A stretch of 64,000 nt of DNA from an uncultured delta proteobacterium (lineage in GTDB: Bacteria > Desulfobacterota > Binatia > UBA9968), in contig CAVYTU010000017.1 of NCBI GenBank assembly GCA_963771465.1, positions 672,001-736,000 on the forward strand. The letters are read 5' to 3'. The notes below the pieces were generated by a model, which was not told the DNA's origin, did no database searches, and saw only the letters and a program-made list of their open reading frames with translations. Positions within the stretch are counted from its first letter, which is position 1. Every line of letters begins with the position of its first letter. Positions 48,798 to 58,249 of this stretch are shown here, in pieces. The position numbers and the translations under genes are program-made.

Positions 48798-48922
48798 ACG
48801 ATCATGCTAGTAAAGGGCCGCACAAAAGACAATATGAATTTCCGCTGGCGCCGGGTAATTATCTTGGCTATGATTGCGCCTGAGAGTTTTGTTTTTGCAT
48901 CTTGCGATTTGGAGGAATGGTT

Positions 48923-49675
48923 ATGGCGGGGTTACTCGGACCTGAAGCGCTGATCAGTGATCTGCAATACACCCTACAGCAGCGTCATCCGCGGCCCCAC
49001 CCCGTGCGCCAGTTGCTCTTAAGCGGACGGCTGACCCAGGAACAGCTTCAGTGGTGGGCGCGCAATCAGTTTCATGAGTTTCGCAATATCCATCGTTTTT
49101 TTGGCATCCGCTATCACAAGTGCCCGGTGCCGGAGCTGCGCCGCATGCTGTTGGAAAATATGGTCGAGGAAGAGGGTGAAGATTTGTTCGGCGGCAAGTA
49201 TCCGAGCCACCGCGAGCTTTGGGTGCAGTTCGCCAACGGTCTCGGTATCGCCAGCGACGATATCCTAAACTACGAACCGCTGCCCGGCATTCGCGCCGCG
49301 TTGGAAATGTATGTGTCGTTGGTGCAGCAGAGCCATTGGGCGGTGGCGATCGGCACCGGTTTGGTCTTTGAAGGCGGCGGCCCGAAACGGATGAAAGAAG
49401 AGCGGGAAGCGATCGAGAAATATTATCCGTGGATTCCGCTAAGCAGTTTGGATTTTTTCCGCGCCCATGAGTATCACGACGAAGGTCACGGCGACATGGT
49501 GACCCGCGTGATCAAGCAGCACTGTATGGAAGAAAAACTGCAAAGCGAAATGCGCGAAGCGGTGCGCCAGCGGGCCGATATCATGTGGCTGCAAAACGAC
49601 TGCATCTACAATGCCTTTGTTCGGCCGCAGTTGGCAGCGGAAACCATTAAAGAGATTGAAGGACGACTGGAATAG
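48923..49675 (+). CDS. TenA/PqqC/CADD-like heme-oxygenase-like diiron enzyme
   Basis: ENMVEEEG..SHRELW, VFEG, FFRAHEYHDEGH. Confidence 0.82.
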   Translation: MAGLLGPEALISDLQYTLQQRHPRPHPVRQLLLSGRLTQEQLQWWARNQFHEFRNIHRFFGIRYHKCPVPELRRMLLENMVEEEGEDLFGGKYPSHRELWVQFANGLGIASDDILNYEPLPGIRAALEMYVSLVQQSHWAVAIGTGLVFEGGGPKRMKEEREAIEKYYPWIPLSSLDFFRAHEYHDEGHGDMVTRVIKQHCMEEKLQSEMREAVRQRADIMWLQNDCIYNAFVRPQLAAETIKEIEGRLE

Positions 49676-49719
49676 AGGTTCAAAAGTTCAAAATTCGAGG
49701 ATTCCATCCCTGCATCAAC

Positions 49720-50766
49720 ATGACTGACAAGATCATCGATCTGCGTAGCGACACCGTTACCAGACCTTCCCCGGCCATGCGCCGCGCGATGGCTGAGGCG
49801 GAAGTCGGCGACGACGTTTACATTGAAGACCCGACGGTCAATCACCTTCAAGCGCGGGCGGCGGAAATGTTTGGCCGCGAGGCGGGATTGTTCGTTCCCT
49901 CGGGGTCGATGGGCAATCTTGCCTGCATTATGGCGCAGACCGAGCGCGGTCAGGAAGTGATTTGCGAAGCGGCGGGACATGTTTACAACTACGAGATGGC
50001 GTCGATGGCGGCGCTTGGCGGTGTGTTACCGCGGGTGATTCCGACCGCGGACGGCATCATGACTTGGGAGCAGATCGCGCCGGCGATCCGCGAGAAGACT
50101 TATACGAGGCCGCAGACAGCGATGGTCGCGTTGGAAAACACGCACAACATGGCGGGCGGCACGGTTTATCCGACGCCCTTGGCCGACGCAATCTGCGACC
50201 GAGCGCACGAAGCTGGACTGAAAGTCCATCTCGACGGCGCGCGGGTGTTCAATGCCGCTGTCCATCTCGGTGAGAGCGTCGCCGAAATCACCAAGCAGTT
50301 CGACTCGATTCAATTCTGCTTCAGCAAGGGATTGGGCGCGCCGGTAGGTTCGATGATCGTCGGTTCGAAGCCACTGATCGAGCGCTGCCGCGTGATCCGC
50401 AAAATGCTCGGCGGCGGCATGCGCCAGGTGGGCGTGATCGCTGCCGCGGCGCTGGTGGCGTTGGAAGAAGGGCCGAAGCGGCTCCACGTCGATCACGAGA
50501 ATGCCAAGCTCCTTGCTCAAGGATTGGAAAATATCCCACGCATCGGCATCAAGCCGGAAAAAGTTCAGACCAACATCGTTATCTATGACGTCGGCGAGAC
50601 TGGACTGGGATCAACTGAATTCTTGAAGCGATTAAGCGAGCGCAAACTGCTCGGCGGACCAGTGGATGCGCGCCGTGTGCGGATGGTGACTCACGTCGAC
50701 GTCGATCACAGCGATATCGAGCAGGCGCTGCGAGTCATCGGCGAGGTGGTGGGGAAAGGGTTTTAA
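49720..50766 (+). CDS. ltaE: Low-specificity L-threonine aldolase
   Basis: DLRSDTVT, GDDVY.EDPTV, ENTHN, HLDGAR, SKGLGAPVGS. Confidence 0.93.
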   Translation: MTDKIIDLRSDTVTRPSPAMRRAMAEAEVGDDVYIEDPTVNHLQARAAEMFGREAGLFVPSGSMGNLACIMAQTERGQEVICEAAGHVYNYEMASMAALGGVLPRVIPTADGIMTWEQIAPAIREKTYTRPQTAMVALENTHNMAGGTVYPTPLADAICDRAHEAGLKVHLDGARVFNAAVHLGESVAEITKQFDSIQFCFSKGLGAPVGSMIVGSKPLIERCRVIRKMLGGGMRQVGVIAAAALVALEEGPKRLHVDHENAKLLAQGLENIPRIGIKPEKVQTNIVIYDVGETGLGSTEFLKRLSERKLLGGPVDARRVRMVTHVDVDHSDIEQALRVIGEVVGKGF

Positions 50767-51258
50767 TCAGCCGGTCTGCGCCATTCTTTTCTTCGTGCCT
50801 CTGATCGAACTCAAAGCGTCCAGGGCAGTGATCCGGCCGATGGGGCCGGTGGCGAAACAGGCTTGAAGAACTTTTCGGTCCGGACCCAAGGTGAAATTGG
50901 TCGCGTGAATGATACCTCGCCGCTCTTCCCAGTACGCGCCGACTTTGTCGGCATCCTCCGGGACTTTGAGGCCGTAGCCGATCGGAAACTTAGCGCCGGT
51001 TTTGTCGATCATCTCTTTGGCTTTGTCGAGCGGGTCGACCGACAGCGCAACGACATCGGTGTTCTCGCTTTTGAATTCGTCTAAGTGCGCCTGGAATTCG
51101 GCGACCTGCCGAACGCAGTAGGGTCACCAGATGCCACGGTAAAAGATAATGACGGCATATTCGCCCTTGAGATCGGTCGGAATGCTTAGCGTTTGGCCAT
51201 CGGCGGTCGGCACTGTGAATTGCGGGAAAGCATCGCCCGGGTTGAGTTGCTTCGACAT
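50767..51258 (-). CDS. Peroxiredoxin/AhpC-TSA-like redoxin, probable selenoprotein (TGA at 51126-51124, codon 45)
   Basis: AAGGA RBS; MSKQLNPGDAFPQF...IIFYRGIW-TGA-PYCVRQVAEFQ...VVALSVD in frame with the track ORF 50767-51012. Confidence 0.9.
51086..51117 (-). promoter_or_regulatory. Candidate bacterial SECIS: UUCGGC-AGGUC-GCCGAA with lower UGCG/CGCA pairing
   Basis: 6-bp stem; loop begins 16 nt after UGA; GCAGGUC resembles the E. coli fdhF SECIS apex. Confidence 0.7.
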
Positions 51259-51321
51259 TTTAAGTAAGTCCTTCCGAAGTGATAAATGCCTAAAGTGTCC
51301 GGTTGGTTACCACTTCGCCTT

Positions 51322-52239
51322 TTAGCCGACCAAGTTTAGTAATTTGGCCGCGTTGCCGCCGAGAACTTTCTGTTTGTCTTCGTCGGAAATCTTCAATTGG
51401 TTCACCGTATCGACGGCGCGCACCAAGGTGATCGGCACCGGCGGCGTGTCGCTGCCGAAGACGACTTGATCGATGCCGATGGTATCGATGGCGCATTGCA
51501 CCGCGGGCGGATGATAGCAGACGGTGTCGAAAAAAAGTTGTTTCATGTAGCTTGCCGGTGGACGTGTCATTACGTCCGGCTCCCAGGGGCCGAAGTTGTC
51601 GTCTTTTCTTAGCTCATAGCCAAAGCCATAGCGGCCCGGCAGCATCGCCAACGCGCCGCCGACGTGGGCGCAGACCATTTTCAATTTTGGGAATTTCTCG
51701 AAGCCGCCGGTGAAGATAAATCTTGTCAGCGACAGCGTCGTGTCGAAGGGCCGGCCGATCATCTCCGGCAAGCGAAAAATCTCCATCTTCTCATTGCCGA
51801 TGGTGAACTTGGGCGGGTGTACGAATAAAGGCACGTTAAGATCGCTGACCATTTCAAAAAACGGCGTGGCCCGCGGCGAGTCGAGATATTCGCCATCCGT
51901 GCTTGAGTTGATCATGATGCCTTTGAGCTTGTAGTCGCGAATCGCTTTCTCGGTTTCTTTCAATATTGGCCCGCTATCGTAAGGCACGGAGCAGGCGAGA
52001 CCGAGCAAACGTTTGGGATGCTTTGCCGTCAGTTCGGCTGCGTGCTCGTTGAATTCCTGGACAACCTTCAACGGATCGTAGCCGTCGGGAGAGCGAATCC
52101 AGTTGTTGCCGAACACCGTGATGTCGACGCCGGACTTGTCCTGTTCGTCAAACAGATGCGGCAAATCGAACATCCACTTGGGCGACTTCGGGTGAAACCA
52201 ACTCTGCGGAACTATGTGGGCGTGACAGTCGATGATCAT
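51322..52239 (-). CDS. Amidohydrolase_2-family protein (ACMSD-like)
   Basis: IDCHAH, LFVHP, AHVGG, FGSD.P. Confidence 0.9.
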   Translation of the reverse strand: MIIDCHAHIVPQSWFHPKSPKWMFDLPHLFDEQDKSGVDITVFGNNWIRSPDGYDPLKVVQEFNEHAAELTAKHPKRLLGLACSVPYDSGPILKETEKAIRDYKLKGIMINSSTDGEYLDSPRATPFFEMVSDLNVPLFVHPPKFTIGNEKMEIFRLPEMIGRPFDTTLSLTRFIFTGGFEKFPKLKMVCAHVGGALAMLPGRYGFGYELRKDDNFGPWEPDVMTRPPASYMKQLFFDTVCYHPPAVQCAIDTIGIDQVVFGSDTPPVPITLVRAVDTVNQLKISDEDKQKVLGGNAAKLLNLVG

Positions 52240-52339
52240 GAAAGCAGATTCCTTTCAGCAAAAACACATACGTGGTCCGGTGGGACGATGTCAAATATTG
52301 GGCGATTGCCTCGCTAATTTTTAGTTCGCGCTAGGACCG

Positions 52340-52765
52340 TTACGAATTCGTCGTGGCGCTTTCGATGGCACGCGCCGTGTCGAAGAACTCAAAGAACTCG
52401 CAGATCTTGCCGTCGCGAAATTTATGAAAGTCGGCCTTCGGCGTTTCGAGAGTTTTACCCGTCTTTTTGTGCTTGAACGATACCTGACAGAGTGCGACTA
52501 CGCGGTCGCCTTGGGCGATATATTCATCGACGCGGTAATAGATCATTTCCCACTCGCTCGTCAGGCCGGCGAAATATTGGACGACGTCATTTTTGCAACA
52601 AGATTCCCGGGTGAATTCCATTGCTTTGACGCCGGCGGCGAGGGAACGGAACTGCACGTCGTCGGTCATCAGGCTCAGCCAGTGCGCGACGCTGCCGGCC
52701 TTGGAGTCGTGCCATTGTTGATAAGCGCCTTTGAGGATGGCGACGTTTTGCGACTCGGTGCTCAT
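52340..52765 (-). CDS. SnoaL/NTF2-like protein
   Basis: MTDDVQF, YIAQGDRVV, FRDGKICEFFEFFDT. Confidence 0.85.
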   Translation of the reverse strand: MSTESQNVAILKGAYQQWHDSKAGSVAHWLSLMTDDVQFRSLAAGVKAMEFTRESCCKNDVVQYFAGLTSEWEMIYYRVDEYIAQGDRVVALCQVSFKHKKTGKTLETPKADFHKFRDGKICEFFEFFDTARAIESATTNS

Positions 52766-52792
52766 GGTTATCTCCGATCAGGCCGATGAAGT

Positions 52793-53335
52793 TTACTGAT
52801 TCATCGGGTTATCATTATCGCGCGGCACGATGGATTCCAAGGTGCGAAGCTTGCTTGTCGGCTTGCTATCACACGTGAGCTCGGTTTCTTTTGTATTGGC
52901 GCCGTGACGGCGCATGCGGACACCGGAGTCTCGACCGGGCGGTTTTATGTCGCCTTCGTAATAATCGAAGATGACGTAGCGATAACCTTCGTTGTCGAAG
53001 GTTACTTCGGTGCGGTCGACCCGAGCGCGCAAGTAGTGGGCGTAGCGAAACACGCGCTGCGTGTTGGCGCGGGCGCGGGGAAATTGCAGCTCGACAGCGC
53101 CGGGTTTGCCGAAGCGGTATTGCAGATAGCCGCGTCTGGCGTCGAGCGATTGGGCACCGCAGAGAGAGATTAATTTTGACGAGCCGGTGACCGCGCAGCT
53201 GAAGAATACTTGTTCCTCGACGCGGCAGAGCGAGGTCAAGGGATCGATTCGCAACGCTTGTGCGCCGCTTGCCGGCGAGGCGATAACATTGAACAATCCG
53301 CCGAGCCATACGACTGGAAACCAACTCCATCGCAT
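52793..53335 (-). CDS. Exported hypothetical protein
   Basis: Signal-like N-terminus; SLC...FFSC...ISLC...LQYRFGKPG. Confidence 0.65.
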   Translation of the reverse strand: MRWSWFPVVWLGGLFNVIASPASGAQALRIDPLTSLCRVEEQVFFSCAVTGSSKLISLCGAQSLDARRGYLQYRFGKPGAVELQFPRARANTQRVFRYAHYLRARVDRTEVTFDNEGYRYVIFDYYEGDIKPPGRDSGVRMRRHGANTKETELTCDSKPTSKLRTLESIVPRDNDNPMNQ

Positions 53336-53397
53336 GGCTTACTCGGTCAACCACCTATGAATAAAATCTGTCATGATGGGATCACGATTTTAGCCGA

Positions 53398-53898
53398 CTA
53401 TGTCGAGGTCGAAGATTTTCCAGGACGAAAATTGTCCAGTAGCATAAAGAGCGCGCCGAAGGTGATCGCCATATCGGCGAGATTGAAAATGCCGGTGCGC
53501 AACGGGCCGATGCCAACATTTAAAAAATCGATGACTCGGCCATCGTACGCGATGCGATCGATCAAGTTGCTCACGCCGCCGGCGGCGACCAGGGATAAGC
53601 AGTTGACGGCGAACGGAGACAGCTCGCGACTCAGAAGCACAAACGCAATTAGTCCGACAAGGAAAACACCGACCAGTACCGTAAATATCAGCTGGCGCAG
53701 CGGTTCAGGGAGCGATGCTCCGAGGCTTAAAAACGCACCGGTATTTTCCGCATATATTATACGAACGGTGTCGCCGGCATAAGAATATGCCGGGCCATGC
53801 TGCAAGTGTCGTTTGGCGGCGAGCTTGGTCGCTTGGTCGCAGCCGACACAGGTGAGAGTAATGAGAAAGACGACTATCGCTCGCGGCAGCTTGGTCAT
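53398..53898 (-). CDS. lspA: Lipoprotein signal peptidase II
   Basis: DQATK, NTGAF, SNLIDR, VIDF, FNLAD. Confidence 0.92.
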   Translation of the reverse strand: MTKLPRAIVVFLITLTCVGCDQATKLAAKRHLQHGPAYSYAGDTVRIIYAENTGAFLSLGASLPEPLRQLIFTVLVGVFLVGLIAFVLLSRELSPFAVNCLSLVAAGGVSNLIDRIAYDGRVIDFLNVGIGPLRTGIFNLADMAITFGALFMLLDNFRPGKSSTST

Positions 53899-54221
53899 GC
53901 TGCACCTTTGGTAACGAATCTCACTTCGCGTTACAACCGGCGCGATGGCGCGCTCGAAGGAACAACTGGCGCGCCTAATTGCCCGCGTGCTAAACGATAA
54001 GCTAGAATTTACCTTCGGCGAAATATTTTCTCTGAATTCATGGCACGAAGTGGGGAAGGAATCGCAGCGCTTTCGTATGCGGTAAATACAAATGGGCTCG
54101 CCTCTCGGCAAGCCCATTTGTGCATTGAACTTACGGCGTTGGTGAGTTTGCCTGCACTCAGACTAACAGCGCGCGGACTGGTCGACATCAAGGAGCGAAC
54201 GATTGTCTCGTCGTTTGCCGA

Positions 54222-54632
54222 TTAAGAAGCTACGCCTTCTTTTTTTACGACGTCTTGACGGATCGGCAACACTCGGGCTTCGTTTTTCCTCATTGAGATA
54301 TGGCCTTCGAGGATTGCGCCGTCGCCGATTACCAGGCTAAGGGTGGTCACGTCGCCAACCACGGATCCTGGCGGTTGAATTTCCAATTTCTTTTCAGCGA
54401 CGACATCGGCCATCACTTTGCCTTGCACGAGAATCGACTGGGCCGATACTTTGCCCTTTACGGTCGCTTGCTGTCCCACCGTCACATGGGACTGCGAAAC
54501 GATCTCGCCGTCGACTTCACCGTCGATGGTCGCTTGGCCCTCGAAATGGAGTTTGCCATTAATTTTCGTGCCGGCACCAAGATACGCGCCCACATCCGCC
54601 GGCACACCGCTGGGTCTATTCGATTCTGCCAT
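54222..54632 (-). CDS. Bactofilin (polymer-forming cytoskeletal protein)
   Basis: LGAGTKINGKLHFEG..IDG; V.G repeats; GAILEGHISM. Confidence 0.9.
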   Translation of the reverse strand: MAESNRPSGVPADVGAYLGAGTKINGKLHFEGQATIDGEVDGEIVSQSHVTVGQQATVKGKVSAQSILVQGKVMADVVAEKKLEIQPPGSVVGDVTTLSLVIGDGAILEGHISMRKNEARVLPIRQDVVKKEGVAS

Positions 54633-54854
54633 AGCTGCCCCCCTTTTGAATTAGCTTATAAATATAAATCACTCTGAGTTTTTTGTCTACGTTTTTGGCG
54701 ATCAGCGGCGAAATCATCCGCTTGAGCCGCCTACTGCCGTTTTCTTTTGCCTTCGCGTCGCGGCTTCTGATATAAGTTATTCATCGTAGAGAACGATTGC
54801 CGCCACTTCCACAAGCCTCGGTTCGTTTACTTGGCCAGTACAGGAGACGTTTGT

Positions 54855-56327
54855 ATGCATAGCGACGATCTGCGGGATTACCTCGACATTCTGGAAGAAT
54901 ATCACGAGGTGCAACGCATCAAGGCCGAGGTCGATTGGAACCTTGAGATGGGGGCGATTACCCGGCGGGTTTACGACCTGGGCGCTCCAGCGGCGCTGTT
55001 TGAGAACGTCAAAGGCTATCCAGAAGGTTTTCGCGCTCTGGGCGCGCCGCTGGGCGCGAGCAAATATCCGGGCCACGCACAGTTCGCGCGCACCGCGCTG
55101 GCGATGAACATGGCGCCGACCTCGACGGCTAAAGAAATAATGTCGACTTATCTGGAGCGCAAAGAGAAATTAATTCCACCGGTTCGAGTGAAGACGGGTC
55201 CCTGCAAGGAAAACATCGACATCGGCGATGCGGTGGACGTGCTCAAGTTTCCCATTCCCTTAATCCATGGCGGCGACGGTGGACGGTACATCGGGACATG
55301 GCACACCGTGATCACTAAGGATCCGGAAAGTTCGTGGGTGAATTGGGGTATGTACCGTCTGATGGTGCACGACCGCAACACCCTTGGCTGTCTGTTTCCG
55401 ATGCAGCAACACATCGGTCAGATGTATCAAAAGTATGAAGCGATGAATAAGCCGATGCCCGTGGCGGTTGCCATCGGCGGCCAGCCGGTGATTCCGCTGG
55501 TCAGTTGCGTGATGTTGCCGCCCTACGTCAATGAAGTTGACGTTGCAGGTGCGTTGCAAGGATCGCCGATTCCATTGGTAAAGTGTGAAACAGTGGATCT
55601 GGAAGTGCCGGCGTCGGCTGAAATCATCATCGAAGGCGAAGTGCTGCCGCATGAGCGCAAAACCGAAGGGCCCTTTGGCGAGTACATGGGCTACGAGGCC
55701 GGCAAGTCGTCGCCCAAACCGATTCTAAAAATCACAGCGATCACGTATCGCAACAATCCGATCTTGCCCTTTTCCAACATGGGCATGCCGGTGCACGAAG
55801 GGCAGACGGCGACGGCGTTGATCAAGGGCGCGGAAATCTACTCCGAACTAAAAAAGCTCGGCTTGCCTGTCCATGCGGTTTACTGCCCGCCGTTTGGCGT
55901 TGGCCATATGTGCGTGGTGTCGACCGAGGTGCCATTTATCAATTTCGCGCGACGGGTGGCGCATTCTGTCTGGGCTACCAAACCGGGGTTATTTGTCTAT
56001 TACATGGTGATCGTCGAACCGGATGTCGATCCGACCAACATGGATGAAGTGCTGCACGCGATCACAACCAAGTGTCATCCGGTGAATGGCATCCATCACG
56101 TCCCGCATATTCCCGGCTTCCCCGTGCTCTTGCCGTTCTTGGCGCCGAAAGAACGACTGATCGGCGACGCCGCAGGCGTGATCTTCGATTGCACTTGGCC
56201 GAAGGATTGGCCGAAAGAGAGCATTCCGGAAAAAGCCACATTCGAAAATCTTTGGCCCAAGGAGTTGCAGGAACAGGTGCTAAAGAACTGGCAGAATTAT
56301 GGTTTCAATTCCCCGGTTGGCAAGTGA
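54855..56327 (+). CDS. UbiD-family prFMN-dependent decarboxylase
   Basis: DLRDYL, DGGRYI, NWGMYR, EGPFGEYMGY. Confidence 0.93.
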   Translation: MHSDDLRDYLDILEEYHEVQRIKAEVDWNLEMGAITRRVYDLGAPAALFENVKGYPEGFRALGAPLGASKYPGHAQFARTALAMNMAPTSTAKEIMSTYLERKEKLIPPVRVKTGPCKENIDIGDAVDVLKFPIPLIHGGDGGRYIGTWHTVITKDPESSWVNWGMYRLMVHDRNTLGCLFPMQQHIGQMYQKYEAMNKPMPVAVAIGGQPVIPLVSCVMLPPYVNEVDVAGALQGSPIPLVKCETVDLEVPASAEIIIEGEVLPHERKTEGPFGEYMGYEAGKSSPKPILKITAITYRNNPILPFSNMGMPVHEGQTATALIKGAEIYSELKKLGLPVHAVYCPPFGVGHMCVVSTEVPFINFARRVAHSVWATKPGLFVYYMVIVEPDVDPTNMDEVLHAITTKCHPVNGIHHVPHIPGFPVLLPFLAPKERLIGDAAGVIFDCTWPKDWPKESIPEKATFENLWPKELQEQVLKNWQNYGFNSPVGK

Positions 56328-56483
56328 AACTGCGAGTGGTCTAGGTAGGGTCGATGCCGGGAGGCAAATCCACGCTGGGAAAAACAATCGTTCAAATAGT
56401 CAGTCAAATTGCAGAGGATATCCTTTGGATTTGGCGAATTGGGGACATGCTCTTTATTGATCGAGAGTTAAACCGGCAAATCC

Positions 56484-56687
56484 TTAGCCAGCCTTTGGCG
56501 TGGTTTGCTCTTCCTCTTCGACCCATTCTTGGAAGCGGCTTTCCAAAATACGCCATTGCCCGCCGACTTTGAATGCAGGGATCTGACGATGTTGGATCAT
56601 GCGGTGGAGCGTTCGTTTAGAAATTTTCAAAATGCTCGCCGCCTCGGCCAAGGTTAGAAGTCTAATCGTGCTATCGGGTTTCTTCAT
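56484..56687 (-). CDS. Excisionase/BldC-like HTH_17 DNA-binding protein
   Basis: LLTLAEAASILKISKRTLHRMI...IPAFKVGGQWRI; AGGAG RBS. Confidence 0.88.
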   Translation of the reverse strand: MKKPDSTIRLLTLAEAASILKISKRTLHRMIQHRQIPAFKVGGQWRILESRFQEWVEEEEQTTPKAG

Positions 56688-56719
56688 AATTCAGGTGCTC
56701 CTAAAGCGATCGGAAAATC

Positions 56720-56735
56720 AGCAAGCGCTATGCCA
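56720..56735 (-). promoter_or_regulatory. Sigma54-type (-24/-12) promoter TGGCATAGCGCTTGCT
   Basis: GG-N10-GC, one mismatch to TGGCAC-N5-TTGCW; 32 nt upstream of the HTH ATG. Confidence 0.7.
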
Positions 56736-56798
56736 GAGCGCGGCCAAGACCCATATTCTGAATCGAGCGCAATTCAGATGAAATCAACCCCAAGATGG

Positions 56799-56818
56799 GA
56801 GGTAGCTAGAGGTAGCTA
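56799..56818. repeat. Direct repeat GAGGTAGCTA x2
   Basis: Exact 10-bp tandem plus a partial third copy (TAGGT). Confidence 0.6.
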
Positions 56819-56994
56819 TAGGTCAAGAATCGACAGCGCCTTACTCAACTGGACAAAAATCTGGTCCGAAACTGTATTGATGCGGTTAACAGGCGGCTAG
56901 ATGCAGGACAACAGACAATCCGCTATATGCCATGGCGAGCCCTAACCCTGCATCAATGAAGCAGAAGAAAGCTCGATGATTCAATTATTTGGAA

Positions 56995-57080
56995 TGGTGC
57001 GAGGAGCGGGACTCGAACCCGCACGCCCTTTCGGGCACTAGCCCCTCAAACTAGCGCGTCTGCCATTCCGCCACCCTCGC
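56995..57080 (-). tRNA. tRNA-Leu(GAG)
   Basis: GCGAGGG acceptor, anticodon loop TTGAGGG, long variable arm, GGTTCGAGTCC, encoded CCA; follows secG. Confidence 0.96.
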
Positions 57081-57091
57081 AATTGAACGTA

Positions 57092-57478
57092 TTAAGGTTT
57101 GGTTGGCTGGGTTTGTTCCGTTTTTGCCCCGGGCTCGGTTTGCGGCGAACCGGCCGTGGGTCCGCTCGGCTGGGGCGCCGGCATGGATTGTGGCGCAGGT
57201 GCCTTCTGTTCCGTCACCGGAGCGCGGTTATCAAAAATAGTCGCCGTCGGTTTCTTGCCGGCAAAGTATCCAAGTGTCAACGATGTCATCATGAAGACGA
57301 TCGCCATACCTGTGGTTAAACGGGTCAAAAAATTACCCGCGCCGCTGCTGCCGAAAATAGTCGAGCTGGACCCGCCGAAAACTGCGCCAACTTCGGCGCC
57401 CTTGCCGGTTTGTAGTAGTACCACCAAGATCAGTCCAACGCTGACGATCACATGAATTATAGTTATCGCGATAATCAT
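57092..57478 (-). CDS. secG: Preprotein translocase subunit SecG
   Basis: VLLQTGKGAE.GAVFGG; NFLTRLT. Confidence 0.95.
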   Translation of the reverse strand: MIIAITIIHVIVSVGLILVVLLQTGKGAEVGAVFGGSSSTIFGSSGAGNFLTRLTTGMAIVFMMTSLTLGYFAGKKPTATIFDNRAPVTEQKAPAPQSMPAPQPSGPTAGSPQTEPGAKTEQTQPTKP

Positions 57479-57484
57479 AGTCTT

Positions 57485-58249
57485 TCAGCTTTCATTAAAA
57501 GCATGCGCGATCGCTAAAAACGATTCAGCCTGTAAACTCGCTCCGCCAACTAGGAAGCCGTTGACTTCGTCGAGCTGCGCTAGGTCTACGGCATTTTCCG
57601 GTTTCACGCTACCACCGTAAAGCAGCCGTACTGCGCTCCCGGATGAAACACCGAAGCCGCTTTGCAGGTGAATGCGAATACGATTGTGAACTTCTCTCAC
57701 TTGCTCCGGATTGGCGTTGAGCCCCGTCCCGATAGCCCAGACTGGTTCGTAGGCAATTGCGAGATTTTCTATAACACCTTTCGCTAGACCCTTCAACGCG
57801 CTGTCGAGCTGAGTCGTGACGATATCGATCGTTTCACCGGCTTGGCGTTGATCCAGCGTCTCGCCGATGCAAAGGATCGCGCGCATGTTGTGGGCCGTTA
57901 CCGCGAGCAATTTTTTACTGATCATGTCGTCAGTCTCGTGAAAAAATTGTCGGCGCTCGGAATGGCCGAGGATAACAAAGTGGCAACCGATTTCGCTGAG
58001 CATGGGCACGCTGATTTCCCCGGTAAAGGCACCGTTGGGATCCCAGTGGCAGTTTTGTGCCGCCAACTTCAGCGGGCTGTTGCGCACTTCATCGCCGACT
58101 GCTGCGAGTGCCGTAAACGGCGGCGCAATCGCAATCTCGGCATTGGCTGGTTTGGTTTTGAGGTGGCTGACAAGACTCTTAGCGAGAACGGCGCTCTCGG
58201 CTAGTTTGCCGTTCATTTTCCAGTTGCCGACGACCAAGGGAGCGGTCAT
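57485..58249 (-). CDS. tpiA: Triosephosphate isomerase
   Basis: GNWKMN, GHSERR, AYEPVWAIGTG, LVGGASL. Confidence 0.97.
   Translation of the reverse strand: MTAPLVVGNWKMNGKLAESAVLAKSLVSHLKTKPANAEIAIAPPFTALAAVGDEVRNSPLKLAAQNCHWDPNGAFTGEISVPMLSEIGCHFVILGHSERRQFFHETDDMISKKLLAVTAHNMRAILCIGETLDQRQAGETIDIVTTQLDSALKGLAKGVIENLAIAYEPVWAIGTGLNANPEQVREVHNRIRIHLQSGFGVSSGSAVRLLYGGSVKPENAVDLAQLDEVNGFLVGGASLQAESFLAIAHAFNES

Noticed and set aside
54041-54056. Sigma54 promoter at TGGCACG
   Set aside because: Lacks the -12 GC and has no downstream plus-strand gene
56484-57080. Prophage or integrative element at tRNA-Leu
   Set aside because: No integrase, phage genes or duplicated tRNA 3' end seen in the window
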